The notes beneath the pieces were generated by a model, which did no database searches, was not told where the DNA came from, and saw only the letters and a program-made list of their open reading frames with translations. A program made the position numbers and the translations under genes. A stretch of 64,000 bases of DNA from Spirochaetota bacterium (lineage in GTDB: Bacteria > Spirochaetota > UBA4802 > UBA5550), in the NCBI GenBank assembly GCA_963663865.1, contig OY760686.1:1408001-1472000 (forward strand), read 5' to 3'. Shown one piece after another: positions 20,402-30,866 of the stretch (position 1 is the stretch's first letter; every line of letters starts with the position of its first letter).

Positions 20402-20995
20402 ATGCCTTCACTATTAGTCCCAACATCATCTCACGAAACAGAATTCACTGAAAAGAAATCGAGATTTATCAGCCGGGCCTGCCGCATATCCGATGCCGCA
20501 GAGGCAAGAAGTATTGTCAGGAAGCTCAAGGAGGAGTTTCCTGATTCGAGACATGTCGTATGGGCATTTATATGCGGAAGGGAACGATCGGTATTCGGTT
20601 TCAGCGACGACGGCGAGCCGCACAATACTGCCGGCAGGCCTCTCTTCGAGGTCGTTAAGGGAAGCGCCTTTACTGATGTCCTTGTAGCTGTTATTCGGTA
20701 TTTCGGAGGCGTTAAGCTTGGGACTGGCGGCCTTGTGAGCGCGTACACAAGAGCCGGGCAGGAGGTACTCGCCGGGCTTCCTTCTGAAGAGCTCATTGAC
20801 AGAGTCCCGTTCTGTTTTCATGTTTCATATTCCCTGTATGAGGGGATCAGGCGCCTCGTCACGGAGTTTAATGGGGAGATTACAAACGAAGAGTTCGGGG
20901 GGGATGTGGCCGTAAGCTGTAGTATTCCCCGGGTTTCCTCAGAGGACTTTATCGTCTCTATAAAAGACAGGACAGGAGGCGCGGTCCTGCTCTAA
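20402..20995 (+). CDS. YigZ/IMPACT family protein
   Basis: EKKSRFI, SDDGEPHNTAG, RYFGGVKLGTGGLVSAY. Confidence 0.93.
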   Translation: MPSLLVPTSSHETEFTEKKSRFISRACRISDAAEARSIVRKLKEEFPDSRHVVWAFICGRERSVFGFSDDGEPHNTAGRPLFEVVKGSAFTDVLVAVIRYFGGVKLGTGGLVSAYTRAGQEVLAGLPSEELIDRVPFCFHVSYSLYEGIRRLVTEFNGEITNEEFGGDVAVSCSIPRVSSEDFIVSIKDRTGGAVLL

Positions 20996-21183
20996 AAGCC
21001 TTTTCAGTCAGGATAAGCCCCTATTCGTCCCTGCCGTTAGAGGCGCGGCGAAAAATCTGTTAGAAAATCTTATTGACTAAACCGCATAGCGTTTTTCACT
21101 TGTTAATGGCTTGTTTTATTGCGGGTTAATATCGACCCCTCGAAAAAAACGGCCTTAATGCGATTAATAAAGAGGTATTAACA

Positions 21184-21441
21184 ATGCCAACTTACGAGTA
21201 TAAATGCACTGAGTGCGGTCATGTTTTCAGCGCTTTTCAGTCAATGAACGATGAGCCTCTTGATGAGTGCGTAAAATGCGGCGCCAGAGCCAGGAAGGTT
21301 TTCGGAAACGCAGGTATTATATTCAAGGGGTCAGGTTTTTACGTGAATGACTACAAATCAGGCGGAAGCTCAACGTCAACGTCGGGCAAAAAAGAAGCCG
21401 CCTGTTCCGCGGGCTGTGAAAGCTGCTCAAGCGCCGGATGA
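21184..21441 (+). CDS. FmdB-family zinc ribbon protein
   Basis: MPTYEYKCTECG...CVKCG...FKGSGFY, with a C-terminal Cys-rich tail. Confidence 0.92.
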   Translation: MPTYEYKCTECGHVFSAFQSMNDEPLDECVKCGARARKVFGNAGIIFKGSGFYVNDYKSGGSSTSTSGKKEAACSAGCESCSSAG

Positions 21442-23292
21442 TTAGCGCCTTTTTCTGGCCTTCTTCTGACGGTAGAGGGCCAGAAGGTAGTTTTCTATAG
21501 TTACGATTCCCCTTCCAGGAAGCTGTTCGTCCTTCAGCTTGCTTCCGGCTATTTTTTCTACATACTCTCTTATTGACTCAAGGCTCTCTGCCGCGTCAGG
21601 TTCGGCTATGAGGTATTCGATGTCAGCCATCAGTATTTCCTGGCTTTTTCTTGGATAGAGAACAGCACGTGAATTGTAAACAGGAATTACTATCTTGAGC
21701 CCTGATGACCGGAGCTCATTTATCAGTTTGTCAATTGTGTTCTGATTTTCTGGCGTAATGTCAATAAGCTCTGAAACAGGGAAAATCGGTGACTTTATGG
21801 AGAGTGCCGCCGCTCTAATGTCTTCAGTCTCCCGTGAGAATTTTACCTTTTTTGCGGGTGAGGAGTTCTTTTTTACGGGTATTTGTGTTTTTTTTCTTTT
21901 GCTGCCGAAAATAGATTTTAACGCATGAACAATCCGGGAAACAATACCTTCGGGCTGAGAGTCGATATCATCAAAGGAAATTGACATTTTTTCTTCAACA
22001 GCTCTCTTCCACTGTTCGTATTCATTTTTTAAGAGCCTGAGCTTTTGAATGTTGGCTCCTCCAATTAACGGTGAAGCTTTTTCAGGGGACTTTAAAAGTT
22101 CGCAGCCGGCGCCGTAAAGGATGGTGAGCTGATCAGCGCATTCCTCTTTTTCTCCCTGGGTTAACCTCGCTTCACCCGACATATCCCGTGAAACCTTTGT
22201 CATGAACAGATTGAAGCGCGCTACAAGCTTTTCTCCATCCATCAGATAGTGTACGCCGTCACCGTTAACATGCGGTACTATTTTTTTTGAGGGAGCTGTT
22301 TCCCTTGCCCATTTAGATATCATTTTGCGGTCAAGCTCAGGAAATATTTCGCTGAGATCATCGTCGCGGCATACGGCAAACTCCCTGATATATCGGGCGA
22401 TGTCGTCGCTTAAGGTTATCAGAGGGTCAATGATCTTTTCTACTTTGAGAATGCACTCTCTAAGAGAAGCGAAGTTTTTAATCTCTACTGCGTCTTTCTT
22501 GTCCAGAGAAGCGAATATTTCGTCAATGATTATGTTGAGAAGGTAGTCTACCTTGCTGTCCCTGTAGTCAGTGAAGGCCGTATTGAGAATCCCAAACTTT
22601 TTAAGACGCCTTTCAATGACCGAGTGGTGTTTCTGTATGATGCTTTGCAGCTCGTCGGTGTTAATGCGTTCCCTGACTGCTTCGTAATTCTGGCGGTGAA
22701 AGCAGTAGTCCTCGAAAACCTCGAAGAAATTTTTATCAAGGGAATAGTGTTTGTAGGTAAAAATATTCTTTCCAAGCTCGAGCTTAATCAGTCTCGATAT
22801 GTAAACCCTGTCAGGAGAGTTCTTTATGAGCTTGCTCAGATTGAAGAGCCTGAACTGTGAGAGAAGCGACAGAAGACTTTGTACAGACGATTCATCGTGT
22901 TCTGACTGAATTCGGCCATAGTCATCATTTGACATGCGCACAGTGAATTCAAGCTGCTTGTCAATGGAAAGCTTCCTGGTGGTAGAAGCGACATTGAATC
23001 TGAAGGACACAACCGTTCTGACCTGATCAGGATAGTTTTTCAGGAGCTGATCAACGAGATAGCTTATGTTCTTGTCCCTTGATGGAGAGACCGGCATTCT
23101 TATTTCACGCGAGTTCTTAATGCTCTCAAGTGTCGAGAGTGATGGCGAATTCCCTGATAAGTAATCTGACTGGGCACCATGAATCTCCTGAAGAATTTCA
23201 AGGATATGCGCCTCCCTGATCATATGAGAGTGAAGGAAGCCGAATCTTTCAGCCGGATTATTGTTGGGTTCAGTCATTTGAGGGTTCACCAT
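21442..23292 (-). CDS. Hypothetical protein (616 aa)
   Basis: Long ORF with no recognisable motif, downstream of pcm on the same strand. Confidence 0.75.
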   Translation of the reverse strand: MVNPQMTEPNNNPAERFGFLHSHMIREAHILEILQEIHGAQSDYLSGNSPSLSTLESIKNSREIRMPVSPSRDKNISYLVDQLLKNYPDQVRTVVSFRFNVASTTRKLSIDKQLEFTVRMSNDDYGRIQSEHDESSVQSLLSLLSQFRLFNLSKLIKNSPDRVYISRLIKLELGKNIFTYKHYSLDKNFFEVFEDYCFHRQNYEAVRERINTDELQSIIQKHHSVIERRLKKFGILNTAFTDYRDSKVDYLLNIIIDEIFASLDKKDAVEIKNFASLRECILKVEKIIDPLITLSDDIARYIREFAVCRDDDLSEIFPELDRKMISKWARETAPSKKIVPHVNGDGVHYLMDGEKLVARFNLFMTKVSRDMSGEARLTQGEKEECADQLTILYGAGCELLKSPEKASPLIGGANIQKLRLLKNEYEQWKRAVEEKMSISFDDIDSQPEGIVSRIVHALKSIFGSKRKKTQIPVKKNSSPAKKVKFSRETEDIRAAALSIKSPIFPVSELIDITPENQNTIDKLINELRSSGLKIVIPVYNSRAVLYPRKSQEILMADIEYLIAEPDAAESLESIREYVEKIAGSKLKDEQLPGRGIVTIENYLLALYRQKKARKRR

Positions 23293-23359
23293 CCGCTGCC
23301 GGTTTTCTATACGTTTTCAAAGGCAACATGAAAACGTTTTGAGAGCATTTGTCAATTCA

Positions 23360-24079
23360 TTATTGTCCGGCAGTTTTCGGTGCAGACCTTACCATGGGTA
23401 CAAAACGGACATATTCGATGTGTTCAGTAACATTTCCCCCGGGGGTTTTCGTTATTTTCACGAGCGATTGGACTTCAGTTCCTACTGGTGCAATGAGTAT
23501 GCCTCCAGATTTCAACTGTAGCATGAGCTCTTCAGGGACAACCGGAGGCGCGGCGGTAAGAATAATGACATCAAACGGACTGTGCTCTTTCCATCCGGCA
23601 TAGCCGTCTCCTGTCCTGAGGCGGATGTTTTTATAACCCTGCTTTTCGAGGTGTGAGCGGGCTGATGCGGCAAGCGAATCAAGTATCTCTATTGAGTAGA
23701 CTTCCCTTGCGAGAAGTGAAAGAACGGCAGCCTGATATCCGGAACCTGTTCCGATTTCAAGGACCTTTTCAGTTCCAGTCAGCTCGCACTCCTGCGTCAT
23801 CAGGGCGACTATATACGGCTGTGATATTGTCTGACCGTGTCCGATAGGCAGGGGCATGTCAGCGTAGGCATCCTCAGGCCTGTAGCCGGGGGCGAAGTCG
23901 TGCCTCGGGACAGCCCGCATGGCGGCAAGCACCCTGGAGTCAGATATGCCTCTCGCCTCAATCTGGGTTCTGACCATCCTGTCCCGGTACATTTCCAATG
24001 TTTGTTTTTTGCCTCCGCAGGAGAGAATTAGTGCGGGAAATAAAAGCAGGAGAATTGGATAAACGCTGCCTGATTTCAT
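23360..24079 (-). CDS. pcm: Protein-L-isoaspartate O-methyltransferase with lipoprotein-like N-terminus
   Basis: GQTISQPY, VLEIGTGSGYQAA, PFDVI, VRFVPM. Confidence 0.94.
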   Translation of the reverse strand: MKSGSVYPILLLLFPALILSCGGKKQTLEMYRDRMVRTQIEARGISDSRVLAAMRAVPRHDFAPGYRPEDAYADMPLPIGHGQTISQPYIVALMTQECELTGTEKVLEIGTGSGYQAAVLSLLAREVYSIEILDSLAASARSHLEKQGYKNIRLRTGDGYAGWKEHSPFDVIILTAAPPVVPEELMLQLKSGGILIAPVGTEVQSLVKITKTPGGNVTEHIEYVRFVPMVRSAPKTAGQ

Positions 24080-24140
24080 GCCGGAAATCCCCCTGACATT
24101 AATCTAACAGGGGAATCTCCGTAAATCAACTACAAAAATG

Positions 24141-24365
24141 TCAGGCGGCGAAGAGGTCAACCGACTTAATCTGGGATATCTTTATGCGGGTTTCGCCTTT
24201 CCCCTTTTCGGCAGAGATGAGCTCATCATCAATCAGGCTCCTGTTTTTAAGGAGTTCGACTTCTGTGCCGTCCTGAAGAACGACAACTATGTCGAGTCCT
24301 TTGATATTGATGTATTTCATTAACATTTCTTTAAAATCTCTTTCGGGTTTCCTGGCATTTTTCAT
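24141..24365 (-). CDS. Small hypothetical protein
   Basis: 74-aa ORF with RBS GGAGA and globular composition. Confidence 0.65.
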   Translation of the reverse strand: MKNARKPERDFKEMLMKYINIKGLDIVVVLQDGTEVELLKNRSLIDDELISAEKGKGETRIKISQIKSVDLFAA

Positions 24366-24879
24366 GTCCGTCTCCGGTAATAATATTATGTCACATTGAT
24401 ATTATCGGGAAAACCCGTTTTCTCATTAATCATTTTCATAGTGACTATATAAAAAATCAAAGAAATGGATGATGGATTATTTAGTTGACCGAAAAGCATA
24501 TTGGTTTACGAATATTAAAAAGCAAATCTTGTGAAACTAATTAATTTAGCAAAAATTGGTCAAATATTATAGGCTTTGTCGACATCAAAATATTTCCGTG
24601 CTAAAAATCACTTTATTACAGGGGGATTCCTGATTCTACGGAAAACAAAAGGGTTCAGGTAATTGTTCTATTTGTTTTCCAGGGCGGTATCAATGAGGTT
24701 ATGCTATGACTATTGCGTCTGCCTGAATATTGTGCTTAATTTGGCTGAAGAGATTGGATTATTGACTTATGAAAGGGATGGAAGCTATATCCCTGTGGTC
24801 ATAAGACTTTCTCAGGTCAGGAAGGCAAGGGCAGGCTTATAGTATGGTAAAAATATTATTATTTTGGAGGAGAATTTTT

Positions 24880-26277
24880 ATGAAAAAAGTTCTATCAGCT
24901 CTGGTTCTTTGTCTGTTGACGGTTTTTGCCGCCTGCGGCTCGGACGATGAGGGCAGCAAAAGTCCTAACAGGGATTACGGAATCGATGTCCAGGACATGG
25001 GATCAGTTTCGGACATCTCGAAGGTGAGCGCTGACAGCTCAGTGAACTTTACTGTTTCATTGGAGGTAGTAAGCATAGGGGAGGGAAGCTACAGGGTTTT
25101 TAACAAATCTACAGGTGTTGAGATCACAGAAGAAGCATCTCTCACAAAAGGAACTGTCATACAAATTGTTTCAACTCCTGCAGAGGGATATGCCCTTGAT
25201 CAGGCGTACGCTGCGGTTGCCGGTGGTATGTTTGGCCCTTCCTACGAGCATACATCAACTGAATTGACTTACGAGTTTCCGCTTTTTAACAATGTCATAG
25301 TCGGCGCGGCCTTTATTCAGGAAGCCGACAGGGCAGGTTATGAAATCTATCCTAATATAAAATATGGAGAGACTGCTGAAAAGCACCTTGTGTACGATGT
25401 GTATGTTCCCACAGATGTTGAAGAGGACGAGTATCTGCCGGTTGTCTTTATCATTCATGGCGGGGGATGGACTTCCGGAGATCCGAGTGTTCTAATTCAA
25501 CAGGCCAGGGATATTACTAAGACAGGAAACTACGTTGTATGTCTCCCGAACTATAGATTTATCGGAAACTCAGACGGCGGTTCTTCAAACTATGATGTTA
25601 CACATCAGATTGAAGACTGTATGGGAGCCATGGCGCATTTTATGAACCTCAATCCCGACAAATATCATGCTGACACGACTCGTTTCTGCCTTACCGGGGA
25701 CAGCGCTGGCGGTCATCTGTCGGCTGCTCTTGCTACGATATTTGACAATATTGGAACAGGGGGATTTAACGGAACAAGCTTTGAGCTCTGGCCAACCGGC
25801 CTCGCGCAAGGCGATGTTGCATCCTTTAAGGAACAGTACATCGCGGGAATTAAAGCGATGGCGCCGAGCTACGGAATCTTTGACCTTTCCTCAACCGCTC
25901 TGGTCAATCTTGGTTTTGATTACTTCTCAAAAAATACGGCCGACGATTCAGATGAGGATGTGAAAGATTTGATGCTTCAAAAGGTATCGCCTGAGTATCT
26001 GATTCAGAGTGTCTCTGTCAAGGTGCCCTGCTGGCAATCCAAGGGCTCGGTGGATATGCTGATAAACCTTGAATCAGTTCAGAGGTTCAAAGCATCTCTG
26101 AAAGCCGCGGGCTGGGCTGATGCGGACAACCAGTATTATGAGATGGAAGGAGCCAATCATGCTTTCTATGACTGGAAGCCGAACGCTACAACCCAGGCTA
26201 CGTACGGCCTATACGGCAAGCCCGGGATGGTAAAGATGATAGAATTCTTCGATAAATACTGCTACACGCAGGAGTAG
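24880..26277 (+). CDS. Lipoprotein alpha/beta-hydrolase (HSL-like esterase/lipase) with N-terminal accessory domain
   Basis: Lipobox FAAC, HGGGW oxyanion motif, GDSAGG nucleophile, GANHAF. RBS GGAGG before ATG 24880. Confidence 0.88.
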   Translation: MKKVLSALVLCLLTVFAACGSDDEGSKSPNRDYGIDVQDMGSVSDISKVSADSSVNFTVSLEVVSIGEGSYRVFNKSTGVEITEEASLTKGTVIQIVSTPAEGYALDQAYAAVAGGMFGPSYEHTSTELTYEFPLFNNVIVGAAFIQEADRAGYEIYPNIKYGETAEKHLVYDVYVPTDVEEDEYLPVVFIIHGGGWTSGDPSVLIQQARDITKTGNYVVCLPNYRFIGNSDGGSSNYDVTHQIEDCMGAMAHFMNLNPDKYHADTTRFCLTGDSAGGHLSAALATIFDNIGTGGFNGTSFELWPTGLAQGDVASFKEQYIAGIKAMAPSYGIFDLSSTALVNLGFDYFSKNTADDSDEDVKDLMLQKVSPEYLIQSVSVKVPCWQSKGSVDMLINLESVQRFKASLKAAGWADADNQYYEMEGANHAFYDWKPNATTQATYGLYGKPGMVKMIEFFDKYCYTQE

Positions 26278-26286
26278 GGTTATAAG

Positions 26287-26338
26287 CCGCGCTGTCAATA
26301 CGGGAGCCAGGGTTGAGGCTTCCCTGTTGACAGTGCGG
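26287..26338. terminator. Long imperfect hairpin between convergent genes
   Basis: CCGCGCTGTCAA...GGGAGCC / GGCTTCCC...TTGACAGTGCGG. Confidence 0.6.
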
Positions 26339-26353
26339 TTCCTGTTTCTGACT

Positions 26354-27007
26354 TCAGTTTCCCTGCTCTTTTCGCTGTTCAAGCCGGCTTAGAACCGACT
26401 TCGCCATTTCTGGATACAGTTCATACAGGCAGCTGGGGCATATCCCGTGAGATATCCCGTTTGACAAGGTTTCGATCAGCTGCTGAGTAAGGCTGATCCA
26501 TTCCATTTTGCTTTTTTTTACCCTGCCGCAGTTGGAGCATACAGTCATTACAAAGGATTTGTTGTCAGAAGAGCTGCTTTCAATCAGTTGAATTATTTTG
26601 TCAATCGAAGCGCCGCTTTCGGATTCCTTTCCCAGATCAATAACAATGCCTCTCAATATGGCAGGATTTCCTGACGCGTTCCTTTCTATGACAGTCCCTC
26701 GGTCCATATACCAGTGATACTGAGATGAAGCCGATAGAATTCTGTAGTCAACCTGATATAGGTCTGTGCTGTTTCTCAGGACATTCTTCATTGCATCCAT
26801 AGTACGTTGAAAATCGTCAGGATGAATCAAACGGGTAAACGCACCGTAGCCCTTATCTCTGAATTCTGAAGGATCATAGCCCAGCATTGTTACCTTGCAG
26901 TCGTTAAAAGTGACCCTGTCTTCAGTAATATTCCATTGCCACCACGCAAAAGGCGAATCAAAGAGCAGCTTTCTGAAGTATTCATCTCTGTTGTGTTGAG
27001 TGTGCAT
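26354..27007 (-). CDS. PAS domain protein with C-terminal Cys-rich (CxxC...HGICPxC) domain
   Basis: WWQWNI...LIHPDD...YRI...WYMDRG PAS_3 pattern; CSNC and SHGICPSC. Confidence 0.85.
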   Translation of the reverse strand: MHTQHNRDEYFRKLLFDSPFAWWQWNITEDRVTFNDCKVTMLGYDPSEFRDKGYGAFTRLIHPDDFQRTMDAMKNVLRNSTDLYQVDYRILSASSQYHWYMDRGTVIERNASGNPAILRGIVIDLGKESESGASIDKIIQLIESSSSDNKSFVMTVCSNCGRVKKSKMEWISLTQQLIETLSNGISHGICPSCLYELYPEMAKSVLSRLEQRKEQGN

Positions 27008-27130
27008 TCGTAGAAATCTCCCTTGCAGCTATGATCCTGTTTCTGCTGTAAACTATAACGGTTGATATTGCAGATACAAAAGCATAAACGCAAGCGGTTT
27101 TCTTTGAGTCCCGGCTCTGTTCAGTTGGAA

Positions 27131-27451
27131 TTAAGACTTCTGGTCAGGAGCCGGCGCTTTGACGACAATCAGTTCAAGCGTTTCTTCATCAAGATTGCTG
27201 ACATTCATTTTTGTGTTAACAGGGATTTTAAGCAGTGAGCCCTTACTGTATGTATGAATATCCTGTTCTCCAAGCCTGATGGACAGCCTGCCTCTAAGCA
27301 CTGTCATGTACACCCAGGAGTTTGAAAAATGCTCCGGCAAAGCTTCGCCCCTGTTCAGTATCATCTGTATGTAGTGGATGTTGTCATCAAAAACAACTTT
27401 GTTAATGGTTTTTGTGCTTCCTTCAATGAGTTCAAATCTCTGTTCAATCAT
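27131..27451 (-). CDS. Cupin domain protein
   Basis: GEALPEHFSNSWVYMTVLRG cupin motif. RBS GAGGAG before ATG 27451. Confidence 0.8.
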   Translation of the reverse strand: MIEQRFELIEGSTKTINKVVFDDNIHYIQMILNRGEALPEHFSNSWVYMTVLRGRLSIRLGEQDIHTYSKGSLLKIPVNTKMNVSNLDEETLELIVVKAPAPDQKS

Positions 27452-27602
27452 AATCTTCTCCTCTTGATATCTGTAGTACCATATCATTTTAAGGGTATCT
27501 TGTAATTGATTCAGGTCAAAAGCAGAAGAGATTTGCGTATAACCGGAGCGATGTTTTATCGAAATCGCAAAAAGAACTGGAAAACACCGGCAGATTTCTA
27601 TT

Positions 27603-28538
27603 TCAATAGAACTCAGCTCTCCAGACAGCGTATCCGGCTAAAGAGTGCTTCTTGGCGATTGACCTCATACTTTCCATCAGGGCATTATCGGACAGATAGC
27701 CAACCAGGCTATGACTGTTATGGATAATCCGGACATGAAGAGTTCCGGATGGGTGCCGTGAGCCGGTTCCTTTTGATAGAAAGCGCTTTACCGAAAGCGA
27801 TGAAACAGCAGTGGCCTTGCCTTTCTCATCCCACATGTAGCCGTACGCGGGAATTCCGAGCCTTATTTTTTGAGGGGGGATATGCGTAAGGAGGTACTCT
27901 ATGTTCCGTTCAGCCCAGGCGATGTCGGTTACGGGGCCCGGGTCTGTCCCCGGCCGGTGAAAGTCGTAGCACATGACGGTGATTTCGTCTATCAGAGGGC
28001 CGATAAGCTTCGTGTCGTGAAATTTGCTCCACTTCTCCGGAAAGCCTGTTTGCGGGAAAACTGCCATAGTGATTCTGGTGCCTTTGAGTCTCATCCTCAG
28101 GAATTTTAGAAAAGAAGCCAGCCTCGGAGCATATTCCGGCGGCAGATATTCCAGGTCGAGTTGAATGCTCAGGGATTTTGTTTTCATTATCAATTCTGAG
28201 ATTGAATCTGCGGCATGAATGCTGTTTTTTTTGCCGGATAACAGCTTTATGCCGTCATTCGCTGATGTGAGCGAAATCAGGGGTGTTATCCTCGTTTTTG
28301 GGTAAAGTCCACGTATGCGGTCGATGAGCCTGAGTGTCCTTTCCCGGTATTTCAGAGCGCCGGAAGACGAAAGCCTGAAGCCGGTCACGCATAGTATGTC
28401 CGAGCGTTTTGTGAAAGCACGGAGGCGCTGTGCTGTATGCGCTGCCTCTCCATGGAGATAATCCATGCTGTCAGAGTAAGCAGTATCAATACAGGCGGCT
28501 GACATTATCAACGATATTGCGAGAGCCAGGGTACGCAT
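27603..28538 (-). CDS. Exported glycoside hydrolase family 18-like protein
   Basis: Signal peptide, LDLEY, VMCYDFH, GPVTDIAW, LGIPAYGY, GYAVWR. Confidence 0.85.
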   Translation of the reverse strand: MRTLALAISLIMSAACIDTAYSDSMDYLHGEAAHTAQRLRAFTKRSDILCVTGFRLSSSGALKYRERTLRLIDRIRGLYPKTRITPLISLTSANDGIKLLSGKKNSIHAADSISELIMKTKSLSIQLDLEYLPPEYAPRLASFLKFLRMRLKGTRITMAVFPQTGFPEKWSKFHDTKLIGPLIDEITVMCYDFHRPGTDPGPVTDIAWAERNIEYLLTHIPPQKIRLGIPAYGYMWDEKGKATAVSSLSVKRFLSKGTGSRHPSGTLHVRIIHNSHSLVGYLSDNALMESMRSIAKKHSLAGYAVWRAEFY

Positions 28539-28688
28539 GAGCCTCCGTAAATATTTTTGAATTAGTGCTTGCTTCTATCCAACTATCATTGAATGTAATT
28601 TTTTTCAAGCAGACCTGTGTTTTTTTTATTATGTTTTAGTAAGTCTAATGCAAGATTATGCGGGAAGTAAACGATAACGGAGATTGAA

Positions 28689-28964
28689 ATGCAGATAAGC
28701 AGCGATTTAAAGAGAAAACTCAAGGCGGAGGCCCATCATCTCAAGCCGGTTGTTCTGATCGGGCACAAGGGGCTGACAGATGCCCTTGTTGGAGCGGTTG
28801 ATAAAGCCCTTGAGGATCACGAACTTATTAAGGTCAAGTTTAATGATCTGAAGGAAGAAAAGAAACAGCTTTCAAGTGAAATAGAGGAAAGAACTGGATG
28901 CGCTCTTGTGGCTCTGACCGGCAACGTGGCGATATATTACAGGGAAAACCCTGATAAAGACTGA
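28689..28964 (+). CDS. yhbY: YhbY/CRM RNA-binding protein
   Basis: AHHLKPVVLIGHKGLT, HELIKVK, GNVAIYYR. Confidence 0.93.
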   Translation: MQISSDLKRKLKAEAHHLKPVVLIGHKGLTDALVGAVDKALEDHELIKVKFNDLKEEKKQLSSEIEERTGCALVALTGNVAIYYRENPDKD

Positions 28965-29132
28965 TCTGTGCCGTAGTGGTGTGGTTTAATAGATTTTTTG
29001 ATTATTTTATGGGAAAATTGTATAAAAAAAAATATAGAAACGGACGACACTTATAGGAAGGGCGATAAGCATACTTCAACTCCTGGCTGGACGGGGTTGT
29101 GGTAATAACTCAGAGATAAGGTTGATAGAAGG

Positions 29133-30857
29133 ATGAAAAAGCTTCTCTTGTATTTCGATCCAGGCGCGACAAGGATATTCGTTAATAAGGTTGGCGAGAA
29201 CGGTGAAAAGAAGGTCGGCCTTTCGTCGCCATATAACTTTGTATCCACATCTGAGATAGTAGCCCGTGTTATTGAGATTGAAAGCGAATCGCAGATATCA
29301 ACCCGCCTTGACCCCGGTGCCACCTTTTACAAGGTTATAGACTTTCAGCAGCTCAAGGCAAGGGAAGGCATAATATTTGACAGCAAGGCACAGGCCTTCA
29401 AAGCGGTAAACTACGGCTTTGTAGTTCTTGTCGGAGGAATTCTCAAACTTTTTCCGGTAATGAGCATCACGAAGGACAGGCTTCAGGTTTTTTACAATAT
29501 TTATCCAACCAGGTATGGAAAGCTTCCGTCGGCACAGGAGATACAGGACGTTCTTCATGAGAACAAGATATTGACGGGGATCGGACAGAAAAAGCTTGAA
29601 GAGCTGCTGGCTTCCATCGACCCGGAAAAGCCAAAGCTGTCCCGCATTCTTGTCGCGGCCGGAAAGGCCCCCGTTAACGCCAGAGAGGAAACATTTAAGC
29701 CAATAGTTAACTATGAGAAAAAGGCCGGGGAGATCCGTTCAGACGGAAGGATTGATTTTAAGGAAGTAGGTTCTGTCATACAGGTCTTCAAGGGGCAGGA
29801 AATCCTCGAAAGGATTCCGGAGGTTCTTCCAGAGGAAGGTATGGACGTTTACGGCAATACTATCCCTCCCGGCGTCGAGCAGGTGGAGGGCTTCAGACGG
29901 GGTGATAATATTGTCCAGTCCGGAACCGACAGCAATATATTTCTGTCGGCTATCGACGGCGTGCTTAAGGTGGTACAGAAGAAGATTTCTGTTCTGAAGA
30001 CCGTTGTCATTAACGGCGATGTTGACTATGGGACAGGCAATATCGAGTTTAACGGCTCTGTTGAGGTGACCGGCTCAGTGCTCCCGGGATTTGTTATAAG
30101 AGCAAAGGGAGACGTTACGGTAAAGATGAGCGTTGAAGACGCAATAATTGAAGCCGAAGGAGACGTGAAAATCGGCATGGGGGTTGTCGGCAAGGAATCC
30201 GTTAAAATAATTTGCTCCGGCACATTTCATACAAAATACCTCCAGAATGCCACCGTTGAAGCTGGGGGAGAGGTAACTGTAGAAGACTCTATTATCAACT
30301 CCAATGTTTTCTCAAACAAGTCGGTTAACGTGACAGGTAAAACCGGTAAAATAATCGGAGGGACTACGACTGCGCTTTACGAGGTTGTGGTGAAGACGGC
30401 CGGTGCTGTAAATGAGACGCAGACGGTATTGAATGTCGGGCGGAACCTGTTTATTGAGAAAGAACTCGAAGGCATCAGGCACGATATCGCAAGATGGAGG
30501 GACGAGGTTACAGAGGTAATCAGGAAGCTGAAGGTCAACTTCGGGGAGGGGATTTTTGAGGATCCCAAGGGCTTTATCTCCATCCTGCCTCCGGTCAAGA
30601 AAAAGGGCTGCCTGCTTCTTCTTAATGAGCTTAATCAGGGCAACAAGATATTGAAGGAATTGACCGACAGGAGCAGGGAGGTTGCTGAGAAGCTTAAGCT
30701 TGAAAGGGAGCCAGTCATTATCGCCTATGACCGTGTTTATCCCGGAACTGTCCTCAATATAGGCAAGCGTGTCAGAAAGATTGAACGCGATTACATGAAC
30801 GCAAAATTCTATGAGGATAAGGACTCAAAGGAGATCAAGTTCACTACCGCAGTATGA
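29133..30857 (+). CDS. FapA (DUF342) family flagellar assembly protein
   Basis: GRIDFKE, GDVDYGTGNIEFNGSVEVTGSV beta-helix repeats, VYPGTVL. Confidence 0.88.
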   Translation: MKKLLLYFDPGATRIFVNKVGENGEKKVGLSSPYNFVSTSEIVARVIEIESESQISTRLDPGATFYKVIDFQQLKAREGIIFDSKAQAFKAVNYGFVVLVGGILKLFPVMSITKDRLQVFYNIYPTRYGKLPSAQEIQDVLHENKILTGIGQKKLEELLASIDPEKPKLSRILVAAGKAPVNAREETFKPIVNYEKKAGEIRSDGRIDFKEVGSVIQVFKGQEILERIPEVLPEEGMDVYGNTIPPGVEQVEGFRRGDNIVQSGTDSNIFLSAIDGVLKVVQKKISVLKTVVINGDVDYGTGNIEFNGSVEVTGSVLPGFVIRAKGDVTVKMSVEDAIIEAEGDVKIGMGVVGKESVKIICSGTFHTKYLQNATVEAGGEVTVEDSIINSNVFSNKSVNVTGKTGKIIGGTTTALYEVVVKTAGAVNETQTVLNVGRNLFIEKELEGIRHDIARWRDEVTEVIRKLKVNFGEGIFEDPKGFISILPPVKKKGCLLLLNELNQGNKILKELTDRSREVAEKLKLEREPVIIAYDRVYPGTVLNIGKRVRKIERDYMNAKFYEDKDSKEIKFTTAV

Positions 30858-30866
30858 AAATTCCTG

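Noticed and set aside
24366-24879. Possible c-di-GMP-I riboswitch or sRNA in the long AT-rich intergenic region (GCAAA...GAAA near 24522)
   Set aside because: The required paired stems and the GACGCAAAGC-like segment are not evident; an Infernal/Rfam scan would be needed.
27603-28538. Calling the GH18 protein a true chitinase
   Set aside because: The DxxDxDxE motif is reduced to LDLE and there is no chitin-binding domain, so the substrate cannot be assigned.
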